DNA of 49,744 nucleotides from a virus (taxonomy: Duplodnaviria > Caudoviricetes), in IMG/VR virus record IMGVR_UViG_3300021344_000001, positions 1 to 49,744 of that record; one strand, given 5' to 3'. The first letter of the stretch is position 1. Each line of letters begins with the position of its first letter. This document shows positions 1 through 8,515 of this stretch, piece by piece. Position numbers and translations under genes: made by a program. The notes below the pieces were generated by a model. That model had not been told where the DNA came from, ran no database searches, and was given only the letters and a program-made list of their open reading frames with translations.

Positions 1-127
1 GGAGAACAGCATGAAGTACGAACTCACAAACGAAAGTATCAGCGTCGGTACACGAACACTCTACCGCATACGCGCTCTCAAGGACTTCGGCGAGGTTAAG
101 GCCGGAGATCTCGGCGGATTCGTTGAA
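1..127. repeat. Terminal direct repeat (circular assembly overlap), left copy
   Basis: Bases 1-127 are identical to 49618-49744; 127 bp is a typical assembler k-mer overlap, giving a ~49,617 bp circle. Confidence 0.9.
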
Positions 128-529
128 AACGAGCGTAATCTCTCTCAAGAGGGCGACGCGTGGGTCTACGTCAACGCTAAGATCTACGGCGACGCTAAGA
201 TCTTCGTTAACGCTAAGGTCTACGGTAACGCTAAGATCTCCGGTAACGCTCGTGTCTACGGCGACGCCCAGATCTACGGCGACGCCCAGATCTACGGTTA
301 CGCTAAGATCTTCGTTAACGCTAAGGTTTACGGCGACGCTAAGATCTCCGGTGACGCTTGCGTCGCCGGTAACGCTCAAGTCTACGACGACTCCCAGGTC
401 TACGGTGCCGCTTGGGTCTACGGTGACGCCAGGGTCTTCGGTGCCGCTGAGGTCTGCGGCGACGCTAAGATCTCCGGTGACGCTTGCGTCGCCGGTAACG
501 CTCAAGTCTACAAAGGAGTATTAGGATGA
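11..529 (+). CDS. Hexapeptide-repeat (left-handed beta-helix-like) phage protein, copy A
   Basis: N-terminal [33 protein letters not shown] followed by (V/I)YGDA(K/Q) repeats (18-bp period); GGAG RBS. Confidence 0.85.
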   Translation: MKYELTNESISVGTRTLYRIRALKDFGEVKAGDLGGFVENERNLSQEGDAWVYVNAKIYGDAKIFVNAKVYGNAKISGNARVYGDAQIYGDAQIYGYAKIFVNAKVYGDAKISGDACVAGNAQVYDDSQVYGAAWVYGDARVFGAAEVCGDAKISGDACVAGNAQVYKGVLG

Positions 530-666
530 AAGTCTCGCAAACGATTGAAAAATGGGCTAGCGGTAGAGACGATTACTATTACCGCATGCTGGAAGTATGC
601 GACACGGAAGGATTCGACTTAGACGACTTCCTTTTCTTAATATGGAAGGAGACTTGGAATGACTAG
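526..666 (+). CDS. Small hypothetical protein (46 aa, MKVSQTIEKW...)
   Basis: ATGA overlap with upstream stop, AAGGAG RBS; below ORF-track cutoff. Confidence 0.55.
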   Translation: MKVSQTIEKWASGRDDYYYRMLEVCDTEGFDLDDFLFLIWKETWND

Positions 667-868
667 GACGAAAGAGGAACTGCATGCCCTGCGAGACGCT
701 GCCGACCGTCGATGGAATGAACTTGTCACCCGCTACGGACAGGCTTGTAGAGCGGCTCAGACTATCTTCATCGAGCAAGAACGGGCAGAAGAGGATTGTC
801 GTGCTTATACTCGGCTGATCAGAGACTATGACAAGTTAACTCGCACTTTACCCCAGAGCGTTGACTAA
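659..868 (+). CDS. Hypothetical helical protein
   Basis: AAGGAG RBS, tightly packed with upstream ORF. Confidence 0.6.
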   Translation: MTRTKEELHALRDAADRRWNELVTRYGQACRAAQTIFIEQERAEEDCRAYTRLIRDYDKLTRTLPQSVD

Positions 869-930
869 GTATAGATGAAGAGTTAGAATAAGAAAGTAGT
901 AAACATTAGTACTCACTAAGGAGAACGAAC

Positions 931-1086
931 ATGAACATCTTTACGGCCTTCATCATTGGCAACTTCTGGCTAGCGGTTCCCTGTGTCGGACTGGTCCTCG
1001 CTCTCGACGCCATTCACTCAGTATCAACAGGCGGATCAGTCATTGGCGGCTACGCAGCACTCCTCCAAGCTCTAGGAAGTAATTAA
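931..1086 (+). CDS. Small hydrophobic/membrane protein (51 aa)
   Basis: AAGGAGAAC RBS; MNIFTAFIIGNFWLAVPCVGLVLAL hydrophobic stretch. Confidence 0.55.
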   Translation: MNIFTAFIIGNFWLAVPCVGLVLALDAIHSVSTGGSVIGGYAALLQALGSN

Positions 1087-1093
1087 GTGATAT

Positions 1094-1219
1094 ATGTACC
1101 GTTGGCTCCTTCTCGCTTTGGCCACCATGTTCGTGGTCGCATGCGCCGACCGAATCAGCAACCCGCTCCCGTACCCTCTACCGACCACTTCGTCTGTTCG
1201 TGTTATGGAGGACCTATGA
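1094..1219 (+). CDS. Putative small lipoprotein (41 aa)
   Basis: MYRWLLLALATMFVVA-C: basic n-region, h-region, lipobox-like VVAC; stop overlaps next ATG. Confidence 0.5.
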   Translation: MYRWLLLALATMFVVACADRISNPLPYPLPTTSSVRVMEDL

Positions 1220-1389
1220 GCACCTACACCGTTACGAAGAAGCATAAGGGCTGGGCCGTCGTAAGGACCCTCGATCGGTTCGAGACGACGTACACGACCA
1301 CACGCTCCGAAGCTCGCCTCCTGGCCAAGCAATTCAACGAACGGCTCTACGCGCATCTTGAGCCGCTCTACGGCAAACTCGTGGCCTAG
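1216..1389 (+). CDS. Small hypothetical protein (MSTYTVTKKHKGWAV...)
   Basis: GGAGG RBS before ATG 1216; 3' part of track ORF 1087..1389. Confidence 0.6.
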   Translation: MSTYTVTKKHKGWAVVRTLDRFETTYTTTRSEARLLAKQFNERLYAHLEPLYGKLVA

Positions 1390-1469
1390 GCGTTCATATG
1401 ACCCGCATTCGCAAACCCATGTTGAGCACGCTAGACCAACAGGGGGTGTGAGAGACCCCTTCCTTAGCC

Positions 1470-1571
1470 TTAGCTGTTGCTAAGAATCCTCTAAGGTAGG
1501 ATGAACTAATGAGTTAGTTAGGATGAACTAACAAGTTAGGCAAGCCTAATTATAAAGTTAGGCAAGCCTAA
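1470..1571. repeat. Array of five TTAG-N6-CTAA hyphenated palindromes
   Basis: Copies at 1470, 1496 (gTAG), 1518, 1536, 1558; TAGGATGAACTAA x2 and TTAGGCAAGCCTAA x2. Confidence 0.7.
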
Positions 1572-1621
1572 TTACAAAGACTTTAGACTGTTAAGACCCG
1601 GTAAGGAAGGCCCAAGGGACG

Positions 1622-1650
1622 TTGACAAGTGATCCCTTAACTGCTATACT
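1622..1650 (+). promoter_or_regulatory. Sigma70-type promoter
   Basis: TTGACA-17 bp-TATACT with TG extended -10. Confidence 0.8.
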
Positions 1651-1693
1651 GGTATAGAACCGCCTGGCGGTAGCCATGTTAAGGAGAACGATA

Positions 1694-1891
1694 GTGAAGT
1701 TGTGGTCGAAACGAATGTCGGTAGCGTACGGATGGATGTGGAAGCATGAACGAGATGTAACCGCCGAGACAATGCTTGAATGGTTACTCATATTCAGGAA
1801 AGACGAGCCCGGAATTGACTTCGTTCTTACTGACGGCAAACAATCCGAGAAGACTTTGTTGGGCCCTCAACGCCGCTACATAGCAAGCTGA
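1694..1891 (+). CDS. Hypothetical protein
   Basis: AAGGAGAAC RBS before GTG 1694, directly downstream of promoter (track ORF 1676..1891). Confidence 0.6.
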   Translation: MKLWSKRMSVAYGWMWKHERDVTAETMLEWLLIFRKDEPGIDFVLTDGKQSEKTLLGPQRRYIAS

Positions 1892-1918
1892 CATCTCTCT
1901 ATAAGGAAGAAGGACATC

Positions 1919-2041
1919 ATGGAAGCAGCACTCAAGAACTTCATGGACACGCTCATAGCAGTCTCGCTCATCGGTTCAGTAGCGCTTACTGCAATCATGC
2001 TAGTGGGCTACAGCATCACAGGACTGCTCAAGACTAAGTAG
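1919..2041 (+). CDS. Small single-TM protein (40 aa)
   Basis: AAGGA RBS; LIAVSLIGSVALTAIMLVGYSITGLL hydrophobic helix. Confidence 0.5.
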   Translation: MEAALKNFMDTLIAVSLIGSVALTAIMLVGYSITGLLKTK

Positions 2042-2060
2042 CCAGCATCGACCCCCTCCA

Positions 2061-2096
2061 AGGGCTCCCACCGCAAGGTGAGGGGCTCTTTCTTTG
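2061..2096 (+). terminator. Rho-independent terminator
   Basis: AGGGCTCC-CACC-GCAA-GGTG-AGGGGCTCT stem with GCAA tetraloop followed by TTTCTTTG. Confidence 0.7.
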
Positions 2097-2347
2097 TGTT
2101 CTCCGAACTGTTAAGAGTCGGCCAAGTCGCTTGACAAGGAAGCTTCCTTAAAGGGGTCCCCCTAGGGGGGGCGACACGAAAACTTTACAATGGGGGGTAG
2201 GGGGGAAAGCTTTTTCTGAATAGCTCTGAAAATCCCGGCTATGTAGGGACTAAAGTCCTCTCTTATGCGAAAGAGAAAGGAGTCTCCTGATCTACCAGAG
2301 AAACATACGGGTGCGGTAGTGATCATCCTCCGCAGAAAGAGCATACA

Positions 2348-2680
2348 ATGGACAACTGGGACAAAGCTAAGATTGCGATCTCGATACTGAAATACTCTCC
2401 TAGGGAGGCAGCTCAAGAACTGTACTACCCTACATCAGATCAAAACAGAATTAATCGCAACCTTCCTGAAATTACAGACATCTTCGATTACACGTCTGAA
2501 CAACGGCAGAGAGCAGCAGACTTTCTAACAGAGTTATTAAAGGAAGAACTGAATAGCTCTTCAAAGAGCTACAGCTACTTTACGCTTGAAACTATTCGGT
2601 TGTGGATGCAGTTAAATCTCCCTTATCCTGAGCTACGAAAAGCTTTAGCCGAATTCTGGTTAAGAGAGTCTGGGTTCTAA
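2348..2680 (+). CDS. Hypothetical protein
   Basis: 110-aa ORF followed by a hairpin. Confidence 0.55.
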   Translation: MDNWDKAKIAISILKYSPREAAQELYYPTSDQNRINRNLPEITDIFDYTSEQRQRAADFLTELLKEELNSSSKSYSYFTLETIRLWMQLNLPYPELRKALAEFWLRESGF

Positions 2681-2688
2681 ATCCTCTT

Positions 2689-2720
2689 AATCCCTCCCCT
2701 AACCGGGAGGGATTCACTTA
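2689..2720 (+). terminator. Putative terminator hairpin
   Basis: AATCCCTCCC-ctaacc-GGGAGGGATT perfect 10-bp stem right after stop; weak U-tract. Confidence 0.5.
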
Positions 2721-2741
2721 TCCTTTGGAGAATACTTAAGC

Positions 2742-2921
2742 ATGGACAAAAGATACGGCGCTGACTATGGGAACGGGCGGTATACACTAGGGCCGGACCC
2801 AAACAAAACCTACATACGAAGCAGCATATCCTTAATACCTGGACAAATAGGATGCTGGCTCATGCTAATATGGGGCCTAGTATGGGGTGCCTATTACATC
2901 CTCGAACACCTCTTCCCGTAA
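2742..2921 (+). CDS. Small protein with C-terminal TM helix (59 aa)
   Basis: GGAG RBS; CWLMLIWGLVWGAYYILEHLFP. Confidence 0.45.
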   Translation: MDKRYGADYGNGRYTLGPDPNKTYIRSSISLIPGQIGCWLMLIWGLVWGAYYILEHLFP

Positions 2922-2958
2922 CCAAACAAGAACTACTTATACAAGGAGATAAAATGAA

Positions 2959-3576
2959 ATGAAACTCTATGAAGTAACCCAAGAGCACTTAGACAATTTC
3001 AAGAAGAACAACATCAGTTCACTAGAACCAGTCCCGAACGTACTCACTTGGATGGACCTAGCCGTAAAGTTCAAAGAGATGCTCGAAGTTTCTACTCAGC
3101 GAGACGAGGAAGGGGTGCCCTGCTGGTACCTTAAAAAGAATCGTAAGCGCATCGACTCTAGGATCTCAGTACCCTTTCAAGTACAAACTACGAGATTCGC
3201 GTTCTATTTGTACGACCAGGAGTGTGAGAAGTACACCTTAGAAACTATGCATAAACAAATGAGTCGAAGCAGGAAGTTCCTACGTACCTCCTGCCGTGAT
3301 ATCCACTGCGTAAACCCTGACCACCTCTTCGAGAGTTTCACGGCGTACTTGCATTCCGACCCTCCTAAGGTCCCCAAGGGTTCAGCGTGTAAGATGTCGA
3401 AACTCACCGAGGAGCAGGTCATCGAGATAAGGAGCGCACCCGGCACCCTGCAAGACCTAGCCAAAATCTACGGAGTTTCCAAACCCTCGATCTCGAACAT
3501 CAAACGTGGCCTCTCTTGGAGGCACCTTCTTTCCCCCAACAATACCCAAGGAGTAACCCCATGCGACTCACGGTAA
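2959..3576 (+). CDS. HNH-type endonuclease-like protein with C-terminal HTH
   Basis: CW...SCRDIHCVNPDHL His-Me finger remnant; KLTEEQVIEIR...LAKIYGVSKPSISNIKRG..WRH tail typical of phage HNH proteins; AAGGAG RBS. Confidence 0.7.
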   Translation: MKLYEVTQEHLDNFKKNNISSLEPVPNVLTWMDLAVKFKEMLEVSTQRDEEGVPCWYLKKNRKRIDSRISVPFQVQTTRFAFYLYDQECEKYTLETMHKQMSRSRKFLRTSCRDIHCVNPDHLFESFTAYLHSDPPKVPKGSACKMSKLTEEQVIEIRSAPGTLQDLAKIYGVSKPSISNIKRGLSWRHLLSPNNTQGVTPCDSR

Positions 3577-3860
3577 TGCCCGGTAAACTGCTCGTCGAAG
3601 AATTCCCTGAGCAGACCGTTACTGCCTCTGGCCTGTACGTCACCTCAGACCCCCACCAAGCTCAGTACGAGGGTCACGGTAAGGTGATCGAAGTTGGAGG
3701 GCCGCGTCGATTCTCAGACGGTACGGAGGAGCCCTCCGAACTTCAGCCGGGCGATGAGATCTTCTACTCGAACACTACCGCTAGCCAGGCACGCATCGAC
3801 GGTAAGACATATCTCATCATCAAGGAAGAGTCAGTTCTTGCGAGAAGGGCACGGAACTAA
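3561..3860 (+). CDS. groES: Co-chaperonin GroES (Cpn10)
   Basis: AAGGAG then ATG 3561; TASGLYV mobile loop, GKVIEVG.G, LQPGDEIFY, IDGKTYLIIKEESVLA. Confidence 0.85.
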   Translation: MRLTVMPGKLLVEEFPEQTVTASGLYVTSDPHQAQYEGHGKVIEVGGPRRFSDGTEEPSELQPGDEIFYSNTTASQARIDGKTYLIIKEESVLARRARN

Positions 3861-3862
3861 TC

Positions 3863-4111
3863 ATGAGTGAGTTTGTACACCGCTTCGAGCACGAACCTAT
3901 CGACCCCCTAAATCAGGCCTACCAAGATTGGGAGGACGAACTTGAAAGCCAACGGACTAGACCACGGGCGGAGTCTGCTGAACGAGCAGGAGGTGAGGGA
4001 GATCTACACGGCCCAGGCTTCGGTGAGAACATTAGCCAAGCGGTACAACATCTCACCTACTACGATATTCAACATCAAGCACAAGATAGCTTGGAAGCAC
4101 TTGACGGATGA
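3863..4111 (+). CDS. Hypothetical acidic protein overlapping HTH ORF
   Basis: ATG 2 nt after groES stop; 3' two-thirds overlap 3942..4142. Confidence 0.3.
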   Translation: MSEFVHRFEHEPIDPLNQAYQDWEDELESQRTRPRAESAERAGGEGDLHGPGFGENISQAVQHLTYYDIQHQAQDSLEALDG

Positions 4112-4142
4112 GTTTGACCGATGCCGCAGTTCACGACGCTAG
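3942..4142 (+). CDS. Stand-alone HTH DNA-binding protein
   Basis: GGAGG 6 nt before TTG; LNEQEVREI...TLAKRYNISPTTIFNIKHKIAWKH aligns by eye with the tail of 2959..3576. Confidence 0.6.
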   Translation: MKANGLDHGRSLLNEQEVREIYTAQASVRTLAKRYNISPTTIFNIKHKIAWKHLTDEFDRCRSSRR

Positions 4143-4831
4143 ACCGAGAACCTGACTACTACGAGAAAATCGCAGCCTCTCGAAACCCGAAACACGATCT
4201 CCACTGCATGTGTCCAAGCTGCTTCAAGACACCTATCTGTTGCATGGTCTGTCAGTACGAGTTCCGTTACGTAGGAGACCTGGTCAAGCACAGGACGCGC
4301 ACCCACGAAATTAAGAAGGGAGGGCAGCACGCACCTACCCGAATGAAAGTGGCGAAGCGGGAGCTTATTCCAGACGGACTGGGGTATCTCATCAAGGTGT
4401 TTGCAAGCGAACACAGAAAGAACATCAACACCGAGGAGCTGTCGAAGTTCGCTCAACACATCGCAGACCTACAACATACGCAGAGAAAGAACCGAACCCG
4501 TCATCATTTTATAGCATCCAGGCTGCGGGCACTGAAGGACGAACCTAACGGAAAGACCCAGGTCCTCCTCACCTTCCCGAATCAGTACCTCTTGCCCGCA
4601 TACCAGATATGGGAGATTACCGGGGTACAGCCAAACCTGATCCTCCTGGCCCTCAACGCATACGGTCTGGAGTACCTCGCCAAAGAACTACGCCAGTACC
4701 CCGTCTTCCCAGAAGTGACCCAAGCCCCCGAGAAGAAATTGACTACCGAAAAGAATACGAAGAAGGTAAAAAATGATACACCAGAGACCGAAACGCCTGC
4801 CAAATCGTCTACCAGATCGAAGTTCTTTTAG
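4121..4831 (+). CDS. Zn-finger-containing hypothetical protein
   Basis: HCMCPSC and CMVC-x12-H-x4-H (C2H2-like) motifs. Confidence 0.6.
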   Translation: MPQFTTLDREPDYYEKIAASRNPKHDLHCMCPSCFKTPICCMVCQYEFRYVGDLVKHRTRTHEIKKGGQHAPTRMKVAKRELIPDGLGYLIKVFASEHRKNINTEELSKFAQHIADLQHTQRKNRTRHHFIASRLRALKDEPNGKTQVLLTFPNQYLLPAYQIWEITGVQPNLILLALNAYGLEYLAKELRQYPVFPEVTQAPEKKLTTEKNTKKVKNDTPETETPAKSSTRSKFF

Positions 4832-5213
4832 GGAGAGGTACCCAAAATTTGAATCTTCTGTGATTTTTGAACGTCCTTCGGACTATTCACGGTTATGGGG
4901 ACTGGACATAAGGCCAAACACCTACCTCATCCGTCCGTATTCGCCGGAAGGGTTCACGGAAGGAGGGCTTTATGTTAAACTGAACGAATTGTGGACGAGG
5001 GTTTGGGGGTTCGTTCTGGCCTGTAGCCCTTTTAATCACCTCGACCTTGTGCCGGGTGACTTGGTAATGTACGAAAGAGATACAGAGCGCCTCGTGACCT
5101 ACGATGACTCCGTAAACCCCCGGTTCGCCGGAGAAAAACAGCCCATAGCGATTATTCACGAGAGGGAGATCCTCGCAAAAGTCGAAGATAACCTCATTCC
5201 GATGCCGTTTTAG
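4773..5213 (+). CDS. Second, divergent GroES-like protein
   Basis: IRPNTYLIRP..TEGGLYV..GFVLA..LVPGDLVMY..IIHEREILAKVE match the GroES pattern; true start may be internal. Confidence 0.7.
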   Translation: MIHQRPKRLPNRLPDRSSFRERYPKFESSVIFERPSDYSRLWGLDIRPNTYLIRPYSPEGFTEGGLYVKLNELWTRVWGFVLACSPFNHLDLVPGDLVMYERDTERLVTYDDSVNPRFAGEKQPIAIIHEREILAKVEDNLIPMPF

Positions 5214-5387
5214 GAGCAAAAATGAAGGAATTAGACCTTACCCCCGAACAACTTGCCGAGTACGATACTCTCATAGAGACGGTATCCTTGCTCCTTTCGA
5301 CTCCTAACGTCACGATGCGCGTACAGGAAGTATGCAACAACATTTTAGAGAAGTACCTCATTCGTATGCACACAAAGTGGCTCTGAT

Positions 5388-5621
5388 ATGGGGAAGTTAA
5401 ACGCTCTCGGCATACTCGCCCGTCTCGCAGGGCTCTCAGCCTTAGCTACGGACGTCACCTTCACCCAGGGGATCACCTCTCTTCTTGGACCGAACGCAAC
5501 GAAGGTAATAGCGATCATAAGCGTTGTTTCAGCCGTAGCCGGTGAGATCATTCACATCTATCAGACACAGCCCCCGGACCCCGAGGTTCCTCCTCCCTCA
5601 GTCCCTCCCGCTCATGGATAA
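5388..5621 (+). CDS. Putative holin
   Basis: Two hydrophobic segments, upstream of amidase. Confidence 0.5.
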   Translation: MGKLNALGILARLAGLSALATDVTFTQGITSLLGPNATKVIAIISVVSAVAGEIIHIYQTQPPDPEVPPPSVPPAHG

Positions 5622-5802
5622 TCTTGAAAAACCTATCGACGTAAAAATGGTGCTCTCGTCATGCATCTTCATGGTAGATTCTATCCTCAACGAACTGACG
5701 AAAGATTACGACAAGGAACGTAAAGACAATCTCATGCAGAGAACCCTTGCACTAGCAGCAGTCAAAAAAATGCTAATCGACTTGAAAGAAGGCACAATAT
5801 GA
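5614..5802 (+). CDS. Hypothetical protein (MDNLEKP...)
   Basis: Internal ATG of track ORF 5542..5802; overlaps neighbours. Confidence 0.5.
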   Translation: MDNLEKPIDVKMVLSSCIFMVDSILNELTKDYDKERKDNLMQRTLALAAVKKMLIDLKEGTI

Positions 5803-6035
5803 ACATCTTCCAAAAAGCACAACTCTTCGTCACCCTCTTGTTCCTCGGACAACAAGCGAGCTTCTCGTTCTACGCAGGCAAGAGCAAGTACCTCGTCACG
5901 ATCTCATATACAGCAGATCATCAGTTCCTTAGCGTGTCTCAGTTACTGAAAGCTATTGCATCGTTCGCGGTCAGCCCTGCTCTTCCGTTCTCTGAAACGG
6001 TCGGCAACACGGCGGTCACTATCTCTCTCGCTTAG
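5799..6035 (+). CDS. Hypothetical protein in lysis cluster
   Basis: ATGA coupling; hydrophobic N-terminus. Confidence 0.55.
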   Translation: MNIFQKAQLFVTLLFLGQQASFSFYAGKSKYLVTISYTADHQFLSVSQLLKAIASFAVSPALPFSETVGNTAVTISLA

Positions 6036-6043
6036 AGGTCAAC

Positions 6044-6601
6044 ATGCAAGAACCAGATATGTTCGGGGCGATTGCGCCCCTTCCTTTTTACCCTAACCCT
6101 GGAGTGAACTATGCAACCCGACAAGTATCAGATATCACTGACTTCATCATTCATCACACGGCTGGTTCGGTTCATCAGACTGTTTTGGACATTGATGCCG
6201 AACACCGTGCGAAAGGCATGGCATTTATCGCGTACAATTGGATTATCAGTCCCCAAGGCACAATTTTCCAAGGTCGGCCAATCGAATGGTCATCCGCAGC
6301 CAGCTACGGAAGAAATCAGCAGAGCGTTGCAGCATGTCTTATCGGGAATTTCGAGTCAGGAGATCTTGGATACACTGGTCGGCCAACTGGAGCACAGCTC
6401 GACGCCCTCAATAGACTTGCCGTCTTGTCTCATATACACATACCCTCAATCGCAAGAACCATCGGACACAGGGACGTTGCATCGCTATTTTATCCGCACG
6501 ACACTGCACCATACAGCACTGCCTGTCCTGGAGACCAACTCTACAAACTGATCCCTCTCGTTAAGAAGTACATAACGGAGAACCTACATGCAAAACTTTA
6601 A
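6044..6601 (+). CDS. Endolysin, N-acetylmuramoyl-L-alanine amidase (Amidase_2/PGRP-like)
   Basis: IIHHTAG, IAYNWII..G.IFQGR, IGHRDV, TACPG zinc-amidase motifs. Confidence 0.9.
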   Translation: MQEPDMFGAIAPLPFYPNPGVNYATRQVSDITDFIIHHTAGSVHQTVLDIDAEHRAKGMAFIAYNWIISPQGTIFQGRPIEWSSAASYGRNQQSVAACLIGNFESGDLGYTGRPTGAQLDALNRLAVLSHIHIPSIARTIGHRDVASLFYPHDTAPYSTACPGDQLYKLIPLVKKYITENLHAKL

Positions 6602-6872
6602 GTACATCGCTAACATAGAACGTGCTGAGTTTCTTGTTAACTGCGAACTCAGACGGCAGACAACTCTCCAAGAAGAGGGTAAGTTCACCTACATCGCATA
6701 TGACAAGGAGTGCCCTCTGATAGTTCGTCTAGCGATGCTCACCGAGGAAGTGGGAGAAGTGGCCAGAGCGATTCAGGAGTTAGACGAATCGAACCTCAAA
6801 GACGAACTGGTACAAATTGCGGCTATTGCAGTCTCTTGGGTCGCGAGGTTAGAAGAGGAAGGCATCAAATGA
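6588..6872 (+). CDS. mazG: MazG-like nucleotide pyrophosphohydrolase
   Basis: LTEEVGEVARAI..NLKDELVQIAAIA (EExxE / ExxD-type) motif. Confidence 0.8.
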   Translation: MQNFKYIANIERAEFLVNCELRRQTTLQEEGKFTYIAYDKECPLIVRLAMLTEEVGEVARAIQELDESNLKDELVQIAAIAVSWVARLEEEGIK

Positions 6873-8515
6873 ATCCCAGGGATCTTCTCGGAGTCACTGA
6901 AGGATGGGACTCGGAAGATAAAGGAGTAGAATTTAGTGAAGAGTCTTCCGAATCGGAATGGCTCTTTTCACTTTGTACCGACTACCTCAACATGTCCGAT
7001 GAGACTGCTAGCTCGGGTATAGGTCTGCAAGAAGAAACGCACATGGCTCCTTGTGTCTTCATCGAAGAAGCTATTGGAGACTTTCAGTTTCGCAGCGACA
7101 TTCAGAAACTTTACATGATGCTTATGCCTCGTGGTACATACAAATCGTCGATACTCGTAGGCGCTTGCGTGGGAGTCATCAAGGAGAATCCGAACGTACG
7201 TATTTTGTGGGTAACGCATAAGCAGAAAGTTTCTTGCGGGCGTCTTCGAGTCATTAAACATCATCTCTCTCATAACGCCGAGTTCCTTGAAGAGTACGGG
7301 TACGGATGGAAGCCGGAGTTTCGAGCAGCCGTCTGGTCTGATTCCCAAATCACGGTGGGGAAAAGGACTAACTTATCCCTTATTGAGCCTACCGTCGATA
7401 CTGGGTCCTTAGGCTCCGATCTAACGTCTACTCACTATGACCTCATCATTGCTGACGATCTTGTAAACGAGAAGAACGTCGTCACGCAAGAGCAACGCGA
7501 TCAAGTCGCCGACTACCTAGACACTCTCCAGTCCATGCTTGACCCTCGTGGGACGCTTATGGTCACAGGGACCCGGTGGCACGTAGATGACGCCTTCGGT
7601 CGCATCATAAAGGACGATGATAAGCGCAAGAGCGAAGGGAAGCCCGAGCGCTACCAGAAGTTCATACGCTCCTGCTGGGACGGCCCTCAAGGCCTGTTCT
7701 TTCCCGCTTGGCAGAGTCACGAATTCCTCGAAAGCATACGTAACCGTCCGGGCAAGGCGCGGTACTTCGCAGCCAATTACGAGAATAAGCCCGTCGCAGA
7801 CGAAGACCGGGTATTTGACATCTCCAACGTGAATATCACGGACTTCTCCTTGATAAAGATGGGTAAGACGAACATCATACGTCTAGCGACGGGGGAGCAG
7901 TACCCGGTCAATACGACAATGGCGTGGGACCCTGCGGGCATGAACCCTACGCGCAAGAGCGACTACCACGGTATCACCATCGTCGGTACGGACTTTGCTG
8001 ACCGTTGGTGGACCCTCGTTGCAGCCGGATGGAAGGGGTCAGTCTCTGAGATCCTTGAGCGAGTCTGCGTTCAGATTCAGTTCTACTCCCCGACGAAGAT
8101 CATTGTAGAGAACGTAGGCGGTTATGGTCTGTGGATACCCATGCTCCAGCGCATGCTCCGAGAGAAGGGCCTGAGCATACTGATTGAAGAGGACAAGGTA
8201 GGCGGTCAGAACAAGTCCACTCGTATACAAATGCTTGAACCGAGAGTACGCGCGGGTAGACTCTACCTACTCCCTGATCAGAAGTCCTTGATTGAGCAGA
8301 TTGATAACTTCTCAGCAGCTAACGAACTCGTGCATGAGGACATCCTCGACTCTCTGGCCAAGCACGAGGGCAGAACACAGACTGCGAGGCAGCGCCTACC
8401 TGATTTCAAGGACATTTTTGAGCTGAGTAAGCCTCAAGAACCCTTCTGGCCCGAGGAGAAGCCCCTCGGCAGCCCCTACTCCGCAGGGTTTCACGGAATG
8501 AATTGGAAACATTGA
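6869..8515 (+). CDS. terL: Terminase large subunit
   Basis: ATGA-coupled start; MPRGTYKSS Walker A, YDLIIADD Walker B, GTRW motif III, AWDPA and HEDILDSL RNase H-like nuclease motifs. Confidence 0.9.
   Translation: MNPRDLLGVTEGWDSEDKGVEFSEESSESEWLFSLCTDYLNMSDETASSGIGLQEETHMAPCVFIEEAIGDFQFRSDIQKLYMMLMPRGTYKSSILVGACVGVIKENPNVRILWVTHKQKVSCGRLRVIKHHLSHNAEFLEEYGYGWKPEFRAAVWSDSQITVGKRTNLSLIEPTVDTGSLGSDLTSTHYDLIIADDLVNEKNVVTQEQRDQVADYLDTLQSMLDPRGTLMVTGTRWHVDDAFGRIIKDDDKRKSEGKPERYQKFIRSCWDGPQGLFFPAWQSHEFLESIRNRPGKARYFAANYENKPVADEDRVFDISNVNITDFSLIKMGKTNIIRLATGEQYPVNTTMAWDPAGMNPTRKSDYHGITIVGTDFADRWWTLVAAGWKGSVSEILERVCVQIQFYSPTKIIVENVGGYGLWIPMLQRMLREKGLSILIEEDKVGGQNKSTRIQMLEPRVRAGRLYLLPDQKSLIEQIDNFSAANELVHEDILDSLAKHEGRTQTARQRLPDFKDIFELSKPQEPFWPEEKPLGSPYSAGFHGMNWKH

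Noticed and set aside
1-127. Biological terminal repeat
   Set aside because: Length equals a common assembly k-mer and lies inside an internal duplication; best explained as circular overlap
150-520. CRISPR-like repeat array
   Set aside because: 18-bp in-frame coding repeats without unique spacers; the Cas4-like nuclease at 35137 is in a recombination module
123-524. S/T/R-rich alternative-frame ORFs (also 48801..49076)
   Set aside because: By-product of the 18-bp periodic repeat lacking stops; no RBS
11-529. Diversity-generating retroelement (VR/TR pair) in the two hexapeptide genes
   Set aside because: No reverse transcriptase in the genome, both copies are intact ORFs, and differences are not adenine-specific
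6710-6868. 53-aa N-terminal extension of TerL
   Set aside because: Overlaps mazG; the ATGA-coupled start at 6869 is more plausible
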